Positions 40,024 through 53,670 of a stretch of 64,000 bases of DNA are shown piece after piece (position 1 is the stretch's first letter; each line of letters starts with the position of its first letter). Location: the NCBI GenBank assembly GCA_965219415.1, contig CBDCNP010000002.1, positions 4,768,001 to 4,832,000 of the forward strand. Direction: 5' to 3'. The position numbers and the translations under genes are program-made. The stretch is from Candidatus Marinacidobacterales bacterium (GTDB lineage: Bacteria > Acidobacteriota > Vicinamibacteria > Marinacidobacterales > DATDRI01). The notes below the pieces were generated by a model. The model saw only the letters and a list, made by a program, of their open reading frames with translations. It had not been told where the DNA came from and made no database searches.

Positions 40024-42737
40024 GCCGACACACCCTCCGTCATCAGTAGAGGATCGCCAGTGTCGAGTCGCGAAGCCCGAACGTCGGCCACACGCAGTAT
40101 GGCCTCGAGATAAGCCAGGGTGAATGGACCATGGGACGCAAAGAGCTGCTGGACACGCTCGGTCCAACTGGACCCGTAACGCCCGGACAAACCCAAGGTT
40201 GCGGGATCGAGGTGAAGAGTGAGAGCTGGCAATTCTACAACGTTCCCGTTGGGCACGATCATGAGTGTTGCCGGCACGACATCGCCGTGTCGCACACCGT
40301 GCAGGGGCTGACCTCGGCCGGCGTATTTGGAGTCGAGGCTCGGAAACTCCTGGTCTCGGGAGGTGCTCTGCCACGTGCCGCGCACTTTCCCGTGATGGCA
40401 GCACACAAGATAGGCGAGCAAGTTGAAGGCACCGGCGTCGAGCGCCAAAAGCAGCGTGGCGAGCGGTCCATCGGCTGAACGTGGCTCGTCGAGCTCCGGC
40501 TTCAGCACACCGGCCTCGATGAGCTCCCGCTGCTCTCCAAGCAGGGCTTGGTGGTGGGGATCGATCCGCCGCAACAACTCGAAAAGCGCCAGCGTACTGG
40601 CGAGCTCGTGGCGGAATCCACGGCGTCTGCCGATTGTTGCATCCTTGCTGTAGAGTTCCTTCAGCGGGACCCACGCCTCGCGCGGCGCCTTTGCAAGGTC
40701 CCGCCGCTCGGGGCGCGCCTCGGTCCCGGACTCGATGATGGAGGACTGAAACGCAGGATGGGCTTTCCCCCAGTCGTGGAGTCGGCCGGCTAGATCGAGC
40801 AGCGGAACCAGTTCGGCGCGGATGTCGAGTACCTCGGCCAGCTCGCGCGCTTTTTGAGCCACTTCGTCGCCATGGGTCGCGATCGTCTTCCAACTAGCCT
40901 GCTCGCTGAGGTCATCCCGTGCTTGAGCGCGATCCGCAACGGCGTCTTGCGCTGAAATCGCGAGCGTACCCTCGGTAGGTACGGGGTTCTCTTGTTTCCC
41001 TCGAGCTGCACCCGTGAAGCCGGTCTTCGTGTCATAACCACCCCAGGTCGCGTCGACAATTATCGTCTGACCGGGGTAGCAGTCATCCGCCCTCAACCGC
41101 CGCCACCGGCCGTCCACATAGTCCCAGATCCACGCTCGGCAACCCTCCTTGAGTTGTCTGCTCTTGAACAACCACTTGCGCGCTGTAGGCACCGGGACCG
41201 GACACAATCCCTCGCGGCGAGGTTGAAACTCGACGGCAGGATGATTTGCGTCCCCATCTACGTTCAACCAGGAGACGAACAGATCCCGGTCATCCCCGCT
41301 ACGGATGAAGCGGCTGACATCCAGATCAGCACCGCTCAAATCCGCGCTCGTGTCGAACAGCTCGTCACATTCGCGTCGCGTGAGAACATGCAGCGGAGCG
41401 TACGGGTATAAACGCTTCAAAGAATCAGGATCCTCATCTCGCAACGCGTATTCGAGATTCTCCAGAGTCGCGAGACCGACGTCAGCAAGCCGCGAGAGGG
41501 CACTACTCGCAGCCACCAATTCGGTCTCGTCGTACGGCAGGCAGTCCTTGCCTTTCAGGTCACGCTCGATCACGTGCACTGTAGCCTCGCCGCCGTATCG
41601 TGCGGCGCGTCCGAATCGCTGCACCAGACTCGGCCAGGGCGCGAGCTCTGTTACGAGAGCCGTGGCCGACACATCCACACCGGCTTCGACCACTTGAGTC
41701 GAGACGATGATCCGGTCCGTGGCGGCATCGGTGAAATGACGTCTGGACAGAAATTCCTCCGGCCAATGGGACCGCTCTATTCCTCGAAATCGACTGTGAA
41801 TCAGACGGAGATCGGGCTGCACCGGCTCGGCCCCCAACAGCTTCTTGAGTGTTCCGTAGAGCCGAGTCGCCGTTTCCACCCTGTTGACGATAGCTAGAGT
41901 GAATCGACCCGAACCGGCCGGCTCGGCCTTCCAATGAGCTTCCCACACGACTTCGGCCAACCGCTCCGCGTGCTTGTCCTCCTCCGCCGGAATTCTGTGC
42001 ACGGTCAAGGGCTTTGGCGCCTGCCACAGATCTCCATGTCGCTCCTCCGCTCCTACCCGGACCATACGTTCGCGAAGTTCCGGTAGCCACGGTCGCGAGT
42101 CCAACGTCTCGAACCAGTCGGGCTGAAGAGTTGCGCTCATCCACCACGTGCGGCAAGGCCGCAGCGACTTGGCAGCATCCCCGCGACGAAACGCCTGAAG
42201 CTGTACGCTCGTGGTCAACCCGACGTCCATGAGCTGGATCTCATCCATGATCCAAAGGCAATCGTGGTTGAGAAGGCCGTATTCCATCGGCCATCGTGCG
42301 CGTCCGGTGGCGTAGCCACGGTTCAGCGCGCGCGACAGGAGCATATCTTGCGTGCCGATCAGAACCGCCGGTTGCTCGGGGTGAAGATGCCAGTCTTCGA
42401 CATCGGCGCCCCCCATTAACGGGCATACTTGGACTTTCTCTGGCCCCGTGTTGCGTACGGGCATGGATTCGAGGAACTTCTGTGCGACAGCCAGACTCTG
42501 TTGTACGAGCACACGCATCGGAAGGCACCAGACGAGGCGTCGAGGCCAAGTCGAGTCACGCCGAATCAGCCGGTTCCAGGCCCATGCACCGAGAACTGCC
42601 TCCGTTTTGCCCAACCCTGTGGGGATGCGGATCAATCGATCCGTGCACGTTCTAGATTCGGCGAGAGTCTGCTGCCAGAGCCGCGGCTCCGCGTGTTCGG
42701 TCGCTCTGCTGAACCAAGACGAGTATTCGCGTGTCAC
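40020..42737 (-). CDS. cas3: Type I-G Cas3 (helicase with C-terminal HD nuclease)
   Basis: PTGLGKT, GTQDMLLSRALNRGY, DEIQ, MSAT, TQVVEAGVD, QRFGR; C-terminal LHDWGK, RHELAS, HHGK. Confidence 0.95.
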   Translation of the reverse strand: MTREYSSWFSRATEHAEPRLWQQTLAESRTCTDRLIRIPTGLGKTEAVLGAWAWNRLIRRDSTWPRRLVWCLPMRVLVQQSLAVAQKFLESMPVRNTGPEKVQVCPLMGGADVEDWHLHPEQPAVLIGTQDMLLSRALNRGYATGRARWPMEYGLLNHDCLWIMDEIQLMDVGLTTSVQLQAFRRGDAAKSLRPCRTWWMSATLQPDWFETLDSRPWLPELRERMVRVGAEERHGDLWQAPKPLTVHRIPAEEDKHAERLAEVVWEAHWKAEPAGSGRFTLAIVNRVETATRLYGTLKKLLGAEPVQPDLRLIHSRFRGIERSHWPEEFLSRRHFTDAATDRIIVSTQVVEAGVDVSATALVTELAPWPSLVQRFGRAARYGGEATVHVIERDLKGKDCLPYDETELVAASSALSRLADVGLATLENLEYALRDEDPDSLKRLYPYAPLHVLTRRECDELFDTSADLSGADLDVSRFIRSGDDRDLFVSWLNVDGDANHPAVEFQPRREGLCPVPVPTARKWLFKSRQLKEGCRAWIWDYVDGRWRRLRADDCYPGQTIIVDATWGGYDTKTGFTGAARGKQENPVPTEGTLAISAQDAVADRAQARDDLSEQASWKTIATHGDEVAQKARELAEVLDIRAELVPLLDLAGRLHDWGKAHPAFQSSIIESGTEARPERRDLAKAPREAWVPLKELYSKDATIGRRRGFRHELASTLALFELLRRIDPHHQALLGEQRELIEAGVLKPELDEPRSADGPLATLLLALDAGAFNLLAYLVCCHHGKVRGTWQSTSRDQEFPSLDSKYAGRGQPLHGVRHGDVVPATLMIVPNGNVVELPALTLHLDPATLGLSGRYGSSWTERVQQLFASHGPFTLAYLEAILRVADVRASRLDTGDPLLMTEGVSA

Positions 42738-42802
42738 CGATCCTCCAGTTTCATCTCCGAGCGGTCAATAACAATAATAGCGTGGGAGCGTGACATCCGG
42801 GG

Positions 42803-43783
42803 TCACGCTTCGCGGAGAATTTTTCGCGCTTCTTCATGGACACGATCTCGTAGTGAACGCGGGGAGAGGACTCGGACATTGCTTCCGAAGCTCAGAATCC
42901 ATCCGACCAGCTCTGCAGTCTCGGCGACTCGCAGCGCCATAATAACCGCCCCTCCTTTGACGCTTTTGATTTTCTGACTCGAGTGCCAGTTTCGGTCACA
43001 CACCCAAGGTGCAACAGTCCGATGGAAACTCAGCTGCACGTCGATCGGGGCTCCTCTCATGATGAGCAAGGCGTCCGCCACGTATTCTTGGACATCGAAG
43101 CCCAGGGGCATTTGGCACGGCTTGTTCGTCGTTGTTATCGACCGAATACGGTCGACGGCGAACATTCGAACGTCTCGGCGTAGATGGCAAAACCCAATCA
43201 GGTAGAGGGCACCCTGCGCGTACCAAAGGCGGTACGGATCGACGCTTCGCCGAGTCGTCACGTTCCGCGATGCGGCAAAGTACCGGATCTGAACGCTCCG
43301 CGACTGGGAGATTGCACGCGTGAGACATTCAATCGTGTTGCGATGTTCTTTGTATCTTTTGTGTGGCCCAAGCCCCACGGAGAAGAAATCTCTGAGGTGA
43401 GCGATGAAACCGGTTCCATCGGAAGGCAACACGGCAACCATCTTGTTGAATGCCGAATCCAGCGAGGATTTGAGCTCGGTACCGTCGAGCGGCCTTAGAA
43501 GATCCTTCGAGAATACAAGCGCCATAAGTTCTGTCTGGGAGAACGCGAGGCGGATTGTTCGGTCGAAGCCGTCCATGAGGCGCCATATGGTCTTGCCCCG
43601 TCTTCGTTCTGTGATGAGCGGAAACCGGGCTTCGAGCGCCTCGAGATCGCGCCGAACCGTGCGCGCGTGGCACGGATGGTCGGACGGTAAGCTGTCCACG
43701 AGCTCGTCCAGGGTCGCTCCCTTCGAGCGTTCGAGTCTCTCCAGTAAGAGCCACTGTCGAACAACCTGCGCGTTTCTGGGCAT
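42803..43783 (-). CDS. HTH-WYL domain transcriptional regulator
   Basis: N-terminal HTH (RTVRRDLEAL), RSVDPYRL..LYLIGFC..RMFAVDRI, WILSFG..V.VLSP. Confidence 0.92.
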   Translation of the reverse strand: MPRNAQVVRQWLLLERLERSKGATLDELVDSLPSDHPCHARTVRRDLEALEARFPLITERRRGKTIWRLMDGFDRTIRLAFSQTELMALVFSKDLLRPLDGTELKSSLDSAFNKMVAVLPSDGTGFIAHLRDFFSVGLGPHKRYKEHRNTIECLTRAISQSRSVQIRYFAASRNVTTRRSVDPYRLWYAQGALYLIGFCHLRRDVRMFAVDRIRSITTTNKPCQMPLGFDVQEYVADALLIMRGAPIDVQLSFHRTVAPWVCDRNWHSSQKIKSVKGGAVIMALRVAETAELVGWILSFGSNVRVLSPRSLRDRVHEEARKILREA

Positions 43784-43846
43784 GCAAAACCAGGATGAAA
43801 ATAAGAATGCTAGTCGAAGTGCAGAGGCTCGGCAACCGACAGAAGT

Positions 43847-44013
43847 GGTGCTTGCGCTGTCTACTGTTGGTGATGTGTACGCATCTCTTTGCAAAAGAGG
43901 CGCTTACGCTCCATTTAGCGCGCAGCGAAGGTCACGAGCGCTATTTTGGCTGTAATTTAATGCAGCGTAAAGTCTTAGCGTTATCTCACCAACACTTTAA
44001 TGGCGGAAGCACC
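43847..44013. mobile_element. MITE C (copy 3)
   Basis: Matches 16550-16715. Confidence 0.85.
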
Positions 44014-44181
44014 CGCAACAGCACCCAAAACTCGCGGTCGACATTCTCGAGAGCCAGCTCGCGACGAGCCTTGAAGGCAGAGATGAGAGCGCGAACAAAC
44101 GACGAAATCATGTTGGCATGGTCCCGGCAGACCGGAGACTAACCAAGTTCCGTGCGCGCGGATGAATAAATAGAAGGCACA

Positions 44182-44606
44182 GGCTCGCAACGTGACCATG
44201 GCAGATGTCGGCTTGCTGTCCTCGAGCCGATACCTCATTCACGACCGGGACTCGAAGTTCTGCGAGTCGTTCCACCGGACCATCGAGGCGGTTGGCGTCG
44301 CGCCCGTCAAGCTGCCCGCACGGAGCCCGGATTTGAACTCGTTCGCGGAGCGCTGGGTGAAGTCCGTCAAAGAGGAATGTCTCTCGAAGCTCATCCTGTT
44401 CGGCGAGAAGTCGCTCCGTCATGCGCTTAGGGAGTACGTCGTCTACTATCACCACGAGAGGAATCATCAAGGCAAGGAGAATCTGCTGCTGTTCCCAGCC
44501 AGCGACCCGTTACCTCAGTCCGAGCGCAAGGTGCGCTCCCGTGAACGGCTTGGCGGGTTGCTACGTTTCTACCATCGGGAAGCCGCACGAGTATTTTGAC
44601 CTCACG
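44182..44606 (+). pseudogene. 3' fragment and right end of another rve IS
   Basis: LIHDRDSKF, SPDLNSFAERWV, YHHERNHQG; same end inverted at 55671-55789. Confidence 0.85.
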
Positions 44607-44643
44607 GCATCGGTAATCGCCGATCTAAGCGCCGGCGGGGCTC

Positions 44644-45249
44644 TTAGAAAACCTCGGCGACGGACCAGCGGCCGGTATCTTTGGGATAGCTGTTCGCCTC
44701 TGCTTCCACGATGCGGCCGACGCCCACGACGTGGCGTTCTTGCCCGACGTCGCAACGGGCCGCGAGCTCCGCGAGCGCCGTCGCCTCCGTCCGTCGCATG
44801 TCGAGGCTCACGAACATCGGCTCGACGCTCATGCCCGATAGGAATCTCGCACCGAGCGCGACGGGACCCTCACGCCCGGACGCCTTGTCCATCGTCAAGA
44901 GGTAGCCGCCGTAAGGCATGCCGGAGCGCGGCGGCCCGGCACGGTGGCAAAGACGATAGGGGGAAGTCTCGATCTCGAAGTCCTCGTCGCTTCCGAGCGG
45001 AAAGCTCAGGATGGGCGCGCCCGCAACGAGAAAATCGGCCTGGCCTCGACTGCCCGTGTACGCGAAGAAGGCCGTCGCGGCGCGCTCTTCCGTACCGATG
45101 GGCTCGGTCTCCCAGAGAAGACGCCCCTCGTTGTTGGCCAGGGAAATGAGCCGGATGCGGTGGACGCTCTCTCGGTCGGATCGGGTGCCCGCGCTTCGAA
45201 GCGGAAGGCGCACCGGTAGCCGGTAGTCGCCATCGTACTCGAGCTTCAC
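44644..45249 (-). CDS. Hypothetical protein, probably a fragment
   Basis: 201-aa ORF between IS remnants; no motif recognised. Confidence 0.35.
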   Translation of the reverse strand: MKLEYDGDYRLPVRLPLRSAGTRSDRESVHRIRLISLANNEGRLLWETEPIGTEERAATAFFAYTGSRGQADFLVAGAPILSFPLGSDEDFEIETSPYRLCHRAGPPRSGMPYGGYLLTMDKASGREGPVALGARFLSGMSVEPMFVSLDMRRTEATALAELAARCDVGQERHVVGVGRIVEAEANSYPKDTGRWSVAEVF

Positions 45250-45473
45250 CTGCGCGAGGTGCGGCCAGTCGCCGAAGGACGGGCCTTGGGTCTAGGCCCG
45301 GGCCGCGCCTGGACCAGAACGTGTCAGCCCGCTGCGTCGCGGTAGCCCCGGCCTCGATTCTAGGCCCTCTAGAGACGAGAGCGCGAACAAACGACCAAAT
45401 CATGCCGGCATGGTCCCGGCAGACCGGAGACTAATCAAGTTCGGTGCGCGCGGATGAATAAATAGAAGGCACA

Positions 45474-45943
45474 GCTGTATCTGTTCAAACGAAGCTCTTC
45501 TGTTCATCCGTTAGATACCGTAGCCGCCTCTTTGCTTGACGCTCGAAATCCGATTCGCTGTCGGCAACGACGAATTGCGGTAACCGTTCGTTCAACTCCC
45601 GCTCATTCAACACGGATAGTTCAAAGATCATGTAGTCCAGGGCGGTACGTAGGTTCTCCACGATTTGCGTAACCAAGACCCTTGGCTTACCTCTCACATT
45701 GCTTTCCTTCGGACGCCTCAGTTGGAGCACGAAGTTCCCAGTCTTGCGGTCTAACCCCTTCACCATACCCTTCACGTAGTTGTACAAGAACTCGTCCATC
45801 TCGCGTGCCAGGGAAATATAGTTCTCCTTGGCTTGGTCTATCCGGGCCAAGGCATCCGCCAGTTCTGGTGGTGCTTCGTGCATATCCGGGCATGCGTTCA
45901 TCTTCTGATGGTACCCTTCTGTACAGATCTGACTAGCGATCAC
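45474..45943 (-). pseudogene. Hypothetical protein coupled to hsdR, 3'-truncated by an IS end
   Basis: Start overlaps the hsdR stop; IVENLRTALDYMIFEL...QFVV; ends 11 bp before the TGTGCCTTC end. Confidence 0.55.
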
Positions 45944-48900
45944 GCTGCCCAGCCAGCCGACAGCACCTCCGCTTGTTCGAGCACCGTCCGCGTAGCCTTC
46001 TCCTGCTTGTCGGGTGGGTAACCGTGCTTGCGCAGAATGCGCTTCACCAGCCTACGGAGATTGGCGCGAACGTTCTCGCGAAGTGTCCAGTCGATCGTGA
46101 CGTTGCCGCGTACAGTCGCGACCAACTCACGAGCAATGTCTCGCAGGGTCTCGTCACCGAGCACCTGCACCGCGCTGTCGTTGGTCTCAAGCGCATCGTA
46201 AAAGGCGAGTTCATCGTCCGACAGCCTGAGCTTTTCGCCGCGCGCGTTCGCTTCGCGCATGTGGCGGGCAAGTTGGATCAATTCCTCAATGACCTGCGCA
46301 GCCTCAACGGCCCGGTTCTGGTAACGGCGGATGGTCTGCTCCAGCATTTCGGCGAAGGACCGCGCCTGGACGACATTCTTTTGCCGGCGGACGGCCAACT
46401 CACCTTTCAACAACTTCTGCAACAGTTCCACAGCGAGGTTGCGCTGTTTCATGCCTCGTACCTCGGCCAGGAACTCCTCAGACAGAATCGAAATATCGGG
46501 TTTCTCTAGACCGGCAGCAGCGAAGATGTCGACGACCCCTTCCGAGGCCACCGCCCATGACACGATCTGCCGAACGGCGTAGTCCAGCTCTTCCTCAGGA
46601 CGCACCTCTCCTTCGGCGCGCTTGGCCAGTACCGACCGGACGGCCTGGAAGAACGCCACGTCGTCGCGAATGCGAATCGCATCCTCGTGCGGCACGGCAA
46701 GGGCGAATGCCTGGGAGAGTTCACGCACGGCCTGCAGGCAACGCTCCTTGCCGTTCTCCTGCGCCAGAATGTGTTCCTGCGCTGCCGGCAGCAGGCCGAC
46801 ACGTTCTGCCGGTGTCCCGTCGATCCAACCGGAATAGTCGAAGCCGTAGAACAGGCCGCGGCAGACCTCGTACTTTTCCAACATCACCGCCACAGCTTCC
46901 GCTTGATCGAGAGCGGTCTTCCCGGTGCCGCCGCTCTCGGTGTAGGTCGCAAGCGCACGTTTGAGTTCATGCGCCAGCCCGAGATAGTCGACCACCAAGC
47001 CGCCCGGCTTGTCCCGGAAGACGCGATTCACCCGCGCGATCGCCTGCATCAGTCCGTGGCCGCGCATCGGCTTGTCAACATACATGGTGTGCAGGCTCGG
47101 CGCATCGAATCCGGTCAGCCACATGTCGCGTACGAGCACGATCTGAAACGGATCTCCGGTGTCGCGGAACCGGTTCGCGAGCGCCTCGCGGCGAGGCTTG
47201 TTGCGGATATGGGGCTGCCAGTCGGGCGGGTCAGAAGCGCCGCCGGTCATCACAACCTTGATGCTCCCCTTGTCATCCTTCTCGTGATGCCAACTCGGGC
47301 GTAAACGAATCAGCTCGCGGTAGAGGTCAATACAGATGCGACGGCTCATGCACACAACCATCGCCTTGCCCTCCATGGCCTCGATACGTCTCTCGAAATG
47401 AGAAACGAAATCCTGGGCGACCAGTGCGAGGCGGTGCCCGGAGCCGATGATTGCCTCTAGCTGTGCCCATTTGGTCTTGAGCTTCTCCTTGTGGTCGACC
47501 TCCTCGCCCTCAGTCGCCTCCTCGAAGTCGGGATCAATGTTCAGCTTCTCGCTTTCGTCCAGCGCCAGCTTGGCAAGCCGGCTCTCGTAGTAGATCGGCA
47601 CGGTCGCTCGGTCCTCGACCGCACGCTGGATGTCATAGACGCTGATGTAGTCGCCAAACACCGCGCGCGTGTTGGCGTCCTCCAGCTCAATCGGCGTGCC
47701 GGTGAAACCGATGAACGACGCGTTGGGGAGTGCATCCCGCATGTGACGGGCGAAGCCGTCAATGAAGTCGTACTGGCTCCGGTGCGCCTCGTCGGCAATC
47801 ACAACGATGTTGCGCCGGTCAGACAGCAGCGGGTGCCGGTCTCCCTTCTCTTCGTGGAAAAACTTCTGGATGGTCGTGAACACCACGCCGCCCGATTCAA
47901 CCGTAAGCTTGGCGCGCAGATCGGCCCGGCTCTCGGCCTGAACCGGTGGTTGCCGCAACAGGTCCTGGCAGCGCGCGAAAGTCCCAAAGAGCTGGTCGTC
48001 AAGGTCGTTGCGGTCGGTCAACACGACGATGGTGGGGTTTTCCATCGCCGGTTCGCGAATGATCCGCCCGGCATAGAAGGCCATGGTCAGACTCTTGCCC
48101 GAACCTTGGGTGTGCCATACGACGCCGATGCGATGGTCGCCGGGATCGCCACCCGGCCTGCGGCCGGACTCGTGGCCGCCGGGTTCCTTGCCGAAGACCG
48201 CAGCCCGTTGCAGTTCGGCCGCCCGCAACGTCTCGTCAATGGCTGTGCCGACGGCGTGGAACTGGTGGTAGCCGGCCATTTTCTTCGTCAGAACCCCGCT
48301 GCCGTCATCCTCGAACACGATGAAGTCCCGAACCAGCGTCAAGAACCGGTGCTGGTCACACACACCCGCGAGCATCACCTGCAACTGGGGCAGGTGTGGA
48401 TCGGCAAGGGTCTCGCCCGTAGTCGTGCGCCAGGGCTTGAACCACTCCCGGCCTGCGGTGAGCGTCCCGATTCGCGCCTCGACCCCGTCCGAAACGATCA
48501 GCGCTGCGTTGAAAGCAAAGAGCGCCGGTAGCTCGGCCTTATAGGTCTGGAGCTGCTGCCAGGCCGTCCAGACCGTGGCGTCCTCGTCCGCCGGATTCTT
48601 GAGTTCGATCAGTCCGAGCGGGAGGCCGTTGACGAACAACACGATGTCAGGCCGACGCTCGTGCCTGTCCTCGACGACGGTGAACTGGTTGACCGCAAGC
48701 CAGTCGTTGTTGACGGGGTCGTCGAAATCGATCACCTGGGCCTGTGCGCCTCGGATCGCGCCGTTATCTCTGCGGTATTCGACCGTCACGCCATCCACGA
48801 GCATGCGGTGGAAGGCGCGGTTGCGCGCTTCCAGTGTTGCGCTTTCCGGGCGGGTCAGTCTGCGGAAGGCATCCTCCAGCGCATCCGTAGAGAGACTGGG

Positions 48901-49083
48901 GTTGAGCCGGGCGAGCGCATCACGCAGACGCCCCTCCAGCACGACCTCGCGGTATTCGGCGCGCTCAGCGCCCGGCGTATCGGGGGCGATGCCGGGACCG
49001 TTTGCAACTGTCCAGCCGGAACTTTCGAGCCAGGCGAGGGTGGCTTGCTCGACGACGGATTCCGTAACGCCACGGTCGCTCAT
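45940..49083 (-). CDS. hsdR: Type I restriction endonuclease subunit R
   Basis: [55 protein letters not shown]. Confidence 0.97.
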   Translation of the reverse strand: MSDRGVTESVVEQATLAWLESSGWTVANGPGIAPDTPGAERAEYREVVLEGRLRDALARLNPSLSTDALEDAFRRLTRPESATLEARNRAFHRMLVDGVTVEYRRDNGAIRGAQAQVIDFDDPVNNDWLAVNQFTVVEDRHERRPDIVLFVNGLPLGLIELKNPADEDATVWTAWQQLQTYKAELPALFAFNAALIVSDGVEARIGTLTAGREWFKPWRTTTGETLADPHLPQLQVMLAGVCDQHRFLTLVRDFIVFEDDGSGVLTKKMAGYHQFHAVGTAIDETLRAAELQRAAVFGKEPGGHESGRRPGGDPGDHRIGVVWHTQGSGKSLTMAFYAGRIIREPAMENPTIVVLTDRNDLDDQLFGTFARCQDLLRQPPVQAESRADLRAKLTVESGGVVFTTIQKFFHEEKGDRHPLLSDRRNIVVIADEAHRSQYDFIDGFARHMRDALPNASFIGFTGTPIELEDANTRAVFGDYISVYDIQRAVEDRATVPIYYESRLAKLALDESEKLNIDPDFEEATEGEEVDHKEKLKTKWAQLEAIIGSGHRLALVAQDFVSHFERRIEAMEGKAMVVCMSRRICIDLYRELIRLRPSWHHEKDDKGSIKVVMTGGASDPPDWQPHIRNKPRREALANRFRDTGDPFQIVLVRDMWLTGFDAPSLHTMYVDKPMRGHGLMQAIARVNRVFRDKPGGLVVDYLGLAHELKRALATYTESGGTGKTALDQAEAVAVMLEKYEVCRGLFYGFDYSGWIDGTPAERVGLLPAAQEHILAQENGKERCLQAVRELSQAFALAVPHEDAIRIRDDVAFFQAVRSVLAKRAEGEVRPEEELDYAVRQIVSWAVASEGVVDIFAAAGLEKPDISILSEEFLAEVRGMKQRNLAVELLQKLLKGELAVRRQKNVVQARSFAEMLEQTIRRYQNRAVEAAQVIEELIQLARHMREANARGEKLRLSDDELAFYDALETNDSAVQVLGDETLRDIARELVATVRGNVTIDWTLRENVRANLRRLVKRILRKHGYPPDKQEKATRTVLEQAEVLSAGWAA

Positions 49084-49770
49084 GGCGGTGCGCCTTCTTT
49101 GTCGTCTGCGACCGTCGTTTCAGAATCGTTGTCGTCGAACTCGGCGAGGTAAATGCGGTATGATTCCGGCTCCATCTTGAATAACACCTCACTCGGCCGG
49201 AACGACACGCCAAAGACTGTGAATGGCCCGAAGGACTCATCCACGTGATCGTTAAAGGCGACATTGTCGTCGAAGGTTGGTCCGGTTGGGGGTGCCGGTG
49301 TGCGGCCCCGACGGTGCACGCGGTGGAGGAAGCCGACGATGGCGTCTGTGGCCTCAGCTACGAGCAGGGCCTGAACCGCTTCCATTACCGGGCGCGGTTC
49401 GTCCGAGCCGTGCGAGGCGAAGCCGCACTGGTTGCGCAGTTCGCATATGCCCTGAATGGCAGTGCTCAGCCCGCCGAGGGTCTGCTTTAGGCTCTTACGT
49501 ACCTCGCCCGCGTCGCTCGTAGTCGCGGGCAGGAACGGCAGATTCTGGGAGGCTAACTTGAAAAGCTTGGGTAGATCATCTGTGGCGGCATAGGGGACAG
49601 AACGTTCGCTGAGGACGGTGCGGCACGTGCTCTCAATGAGCGTCTTGGGCCGGGATTTCCGACGCAGGACTGTTCGATGCCCTTCACTTGTTCCTTGATA
49701 TGCGCGAAGCCGCTGGCCATTGCGTCGCGTGCACCATGCATGACGAATGGGGCGATTACGGCATCGGTCA

Positions 49771-49771
<1 letters not shown>
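49080..49771 (-). pseudogene. Abortive-infection C-terminal (Abi_C)-like protein, frameshifted near 49650
   Basis: N-terminal frame MTDAV...IKEQVKGIEQ shifts to KTLIESTCRTVL...ICELRNQCGFASHG; both ends overlap neighbouring genes. Confidence 0.7.
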
Positions 49772-51475
<1,704 letters not shown>

Positions 51476-51483
<8 letters not shown>

Positions 51484-51898
51484 CGTCTGTCTCTTCGATC
51501 ACGCCGGCAAGCGCCTTGGCATCTACAATAAAGTCCGGCAACAACTTCAGCGTGGTTTCGGCGAAGCCTTCGCCGTAGTCGTGCGCGGTGTCGTTGCGAT
51601 TGTCGCGATATTGAAGCCACCGCTCGCAGGCGTCCGGGTCGATCAGGCCGTGCTTGGCGGCATACCGGAAGAGATCCTTGAAGGCCAGACGATCCGCCTG
51701 GCGGTTGCTGGCAAAAAAGGCAGCGAGACGCTTCTTTAGCAGCTTACCGCTCTGCTCCAGGACGATTTCGAACTCCTTGACGCAGGCCGCACGGTAGATA
51801 TCATAGGCAATGTCGCTTGGATCGCTGCGCGTCAGTTCGTCCAAGGCGCGTTCCAGCGTATCGAGGCAGCGTCGGAGGAACGTCGTGTCGATGCTCAT
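51476..51898 (-). CDS. HEPN-domain protein (HI0074 / nucleotidyltransferase substrate-binding family), putative RNase toxin
   Basis: [32 protein letters not shown] (RX4HXY). Confidence 0.88.
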
Positions 51899-53484
51899 GA
51901 TCTAGAGCCTCCAAACCCCAACGTCTTCAGGGTTTCCGAGATCGTAGCGTCGAGCCGTGCCGCCTTGGCCTGCTGCTCCCGCAGTCGGTCGACCAACCGT
52001 TTCATCTTGTCTTCGAAAGGCTCGCCGTCGTCCTCCTGCGGCTCCGCACCGACATAGCGGCCCGGAGTCAGCACATGGCCGTGCCCGCGGACTTCATCCA
52101 GCGAAGCGCTCTTGCAAAAGCCGGGGATGTCGGCATAGCCGTTGTCATCCTCTCCGGTGCGCCAGGCATGGTAGGTGTCGGCGATGCGGGTAATATCCTC
52201 GTCGGTCAGCTCACGATGCGTCCGGTCCACCATCCGGCCGAGCTTCCGCGCATCAATGAAAAGGATCTCACCGCCACGCTTGCGTCGGCGCGCCAGAAAC
52301 CACAGACAAGCGGGAATCTGGGTCGAATAGAAAAGCTGGCCCGGCAACGCGACCATGCAATCGACCAGATCGACCTCGATCAGGTTCTTCCGAATCTCCC
52401 CCTCGCCCGACTGATTCGATGACATCGAACCGTTGGCAAGCACGAATCCGGCAACGCCGGCGGGGGCTAGATGGTGAACCATGTGCTGCACCCAGGCGAA
52501 GTTGGCGTTGCCCTTGGGCGGGACACCGTATTGCCAGCGCTTGTCCTCAGCCAATCGTTCGCCTCCCCAGTCAGAGACGTTAAACGGTGGATTTGCGAGA
52601 ATGAAGTCGGCTTTCAGGTCCGGATGGCGGTCGTTATGGAAGCTGTTGCCGTGGGCAATCTGTCCCTCGATCCCCCGAATGGCCAAGTTCATCTTCGCGA
52701 GCCGCCACGTCGTGTAGTTCGATTCCTGACCGTAGATCGAGATGTCGCCACGCGCCTTGCCACCGTTTCCATTTCCACTGGCGTGGGCGCGAATGAATTC
52801 GATCGACTGCACGAACATGCCCGAGGAGCCGCAGCACGGATCGTACACCCGGCCCTTATACGGCTTCAGCATCTCGACCAGGAGCTTCACGACGCAGCGT
52901 GGGGTGTAGAACTCACCGCCCTTCTTGCCCTCGGCACCCGCAAACTGTGAGAGGAAGTACTCGTAAACGCGGCCAAGCACATCACGGGAACGGGCTTCGG
53001 CATCGCCGACGCGAATATTGCCGATCATGTCGATCAACTGGCCGAGACGTTGCTTATCGAGCGCAGGGCGGGCGTAGTCCTTAGGCAGCACGTCCTTGAG
53101 CGCTGGGTTGTCCCGCTCAATGCCGGCCATCGCGCCGTCGACGAGCTGACCGATGGTGGGTTGTCGTGCCTGAGACTTGATTTGGCTCCAGCGGGCCTCA
53201 AGAGGTACCCAGAAGATGTTTTGTGCGCGGTACTCGTCCGGGTCCTCCGGATCGGCGCCCTGAGCTACCTCGCCTTCGAGGCGCACATGCATCTCCTCGA
53301 AGGCGTCCGAGATGTACTTCAAGAAGATGAGGCCGAGGACGACGTGCTTATATTCCGCCGCGTCCATCGAGCCGCGTAGGGCATCGGCCATTCCCCACAG
53401 CGCGGCTTCATGGCCGGTCGTTGCGCCGCTGTCAGAATGGGTGCTCTCAGTCTTTCCCGCTTTCTTCTGTCTCCCACGCGCCAT
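51895..53484 (-). CDS. hsdM: Type I DNA methyltransferase subunit M
   Basis: [33 protein letters not shown]. Confidence 0.97.
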   Translation of the reverse strand: MARGRQKKAGKTESTHSDSGATTGHEAALWGMADALRGSMDAAEYKHVVLGLIFLKYISDAFEEMHVRLEGEVAQGADPEDPDEYRAQNIFWVPLEARWSQIKSQARQPTIGQLVDGAMAGIERDNPALKDVLPKDYARPALDKQRLGQLIDMIGNIRVGDAEARSRDVLGRVYEYFLSQFAGAEGKKGGEFYTPRCVVKLLVEMLKPYKGRVYDPCCGSSGMFVQSIEFIRAHASGNGNGGKARGDISIYGQESNYTTWRLAKMNLAIRGIEGQIAHGNSFHNDRHPDLKADFILANPPFNVSDWGGERLAEDKRWQYGVPPKGNANFAWVQHMVHHLAPAGVAGFVLANGSMSSNQSGEGEIRKNLIEVDLVDCMVALPGQLFYSTQIPACLWFLARRRKRGGEILFIDARKLGRMVDRTHRELTDEDITRIADTYHAWRTGEDDNGYADIPGFCKSASLDEVRGHGHVLTPGRYVGAEPQEDDGEPFEDKMKRLVDRLREQQAKAARLDATISETLKTLGFGGSRS

Positions 53485-53505
53485 ATTGCGATGCTCCCTA
53501 TATCG

Positions 53506-53670
53506 TTACGCTACCGGCACCGGCCGCTCGACCTGGATCCGGTGGGCGTTCTTCATCGCTAGAGCCAGTTCCCAAGCCGATTGTAGTCTAACCACGTTTC
53601 CTTTTCGCCGTACGCCTCGTCGAGGCGGATCGTCATCTCCTGGGAGATTCCAGAGTCGGCAATCGACGAT
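53506..53670 (-). pseudogene. higA: HigA-like antitoxin remnant
   Basis: Manual translation SGISQEMTIRLDEAYGEKETW / RLQSAWELALAM with a frameshift; 5' end missing. Confidence 0.65.

Noticed and set aside
40024-40893. 1029-aa version of csx17 with a long N-terminal extension
   Set aside because: The extension overlaps cas3 in another frame; the true start is the coupled ATG at 40023
26653-43783. CRISPR-associated transposon (CAST) hypothesis for the rve transposase next to the array
   Set aside because: The same IS occurs at several unrelated sites, it breaks a repeat, no TnsC/TniQ is visible and cas3 is intact
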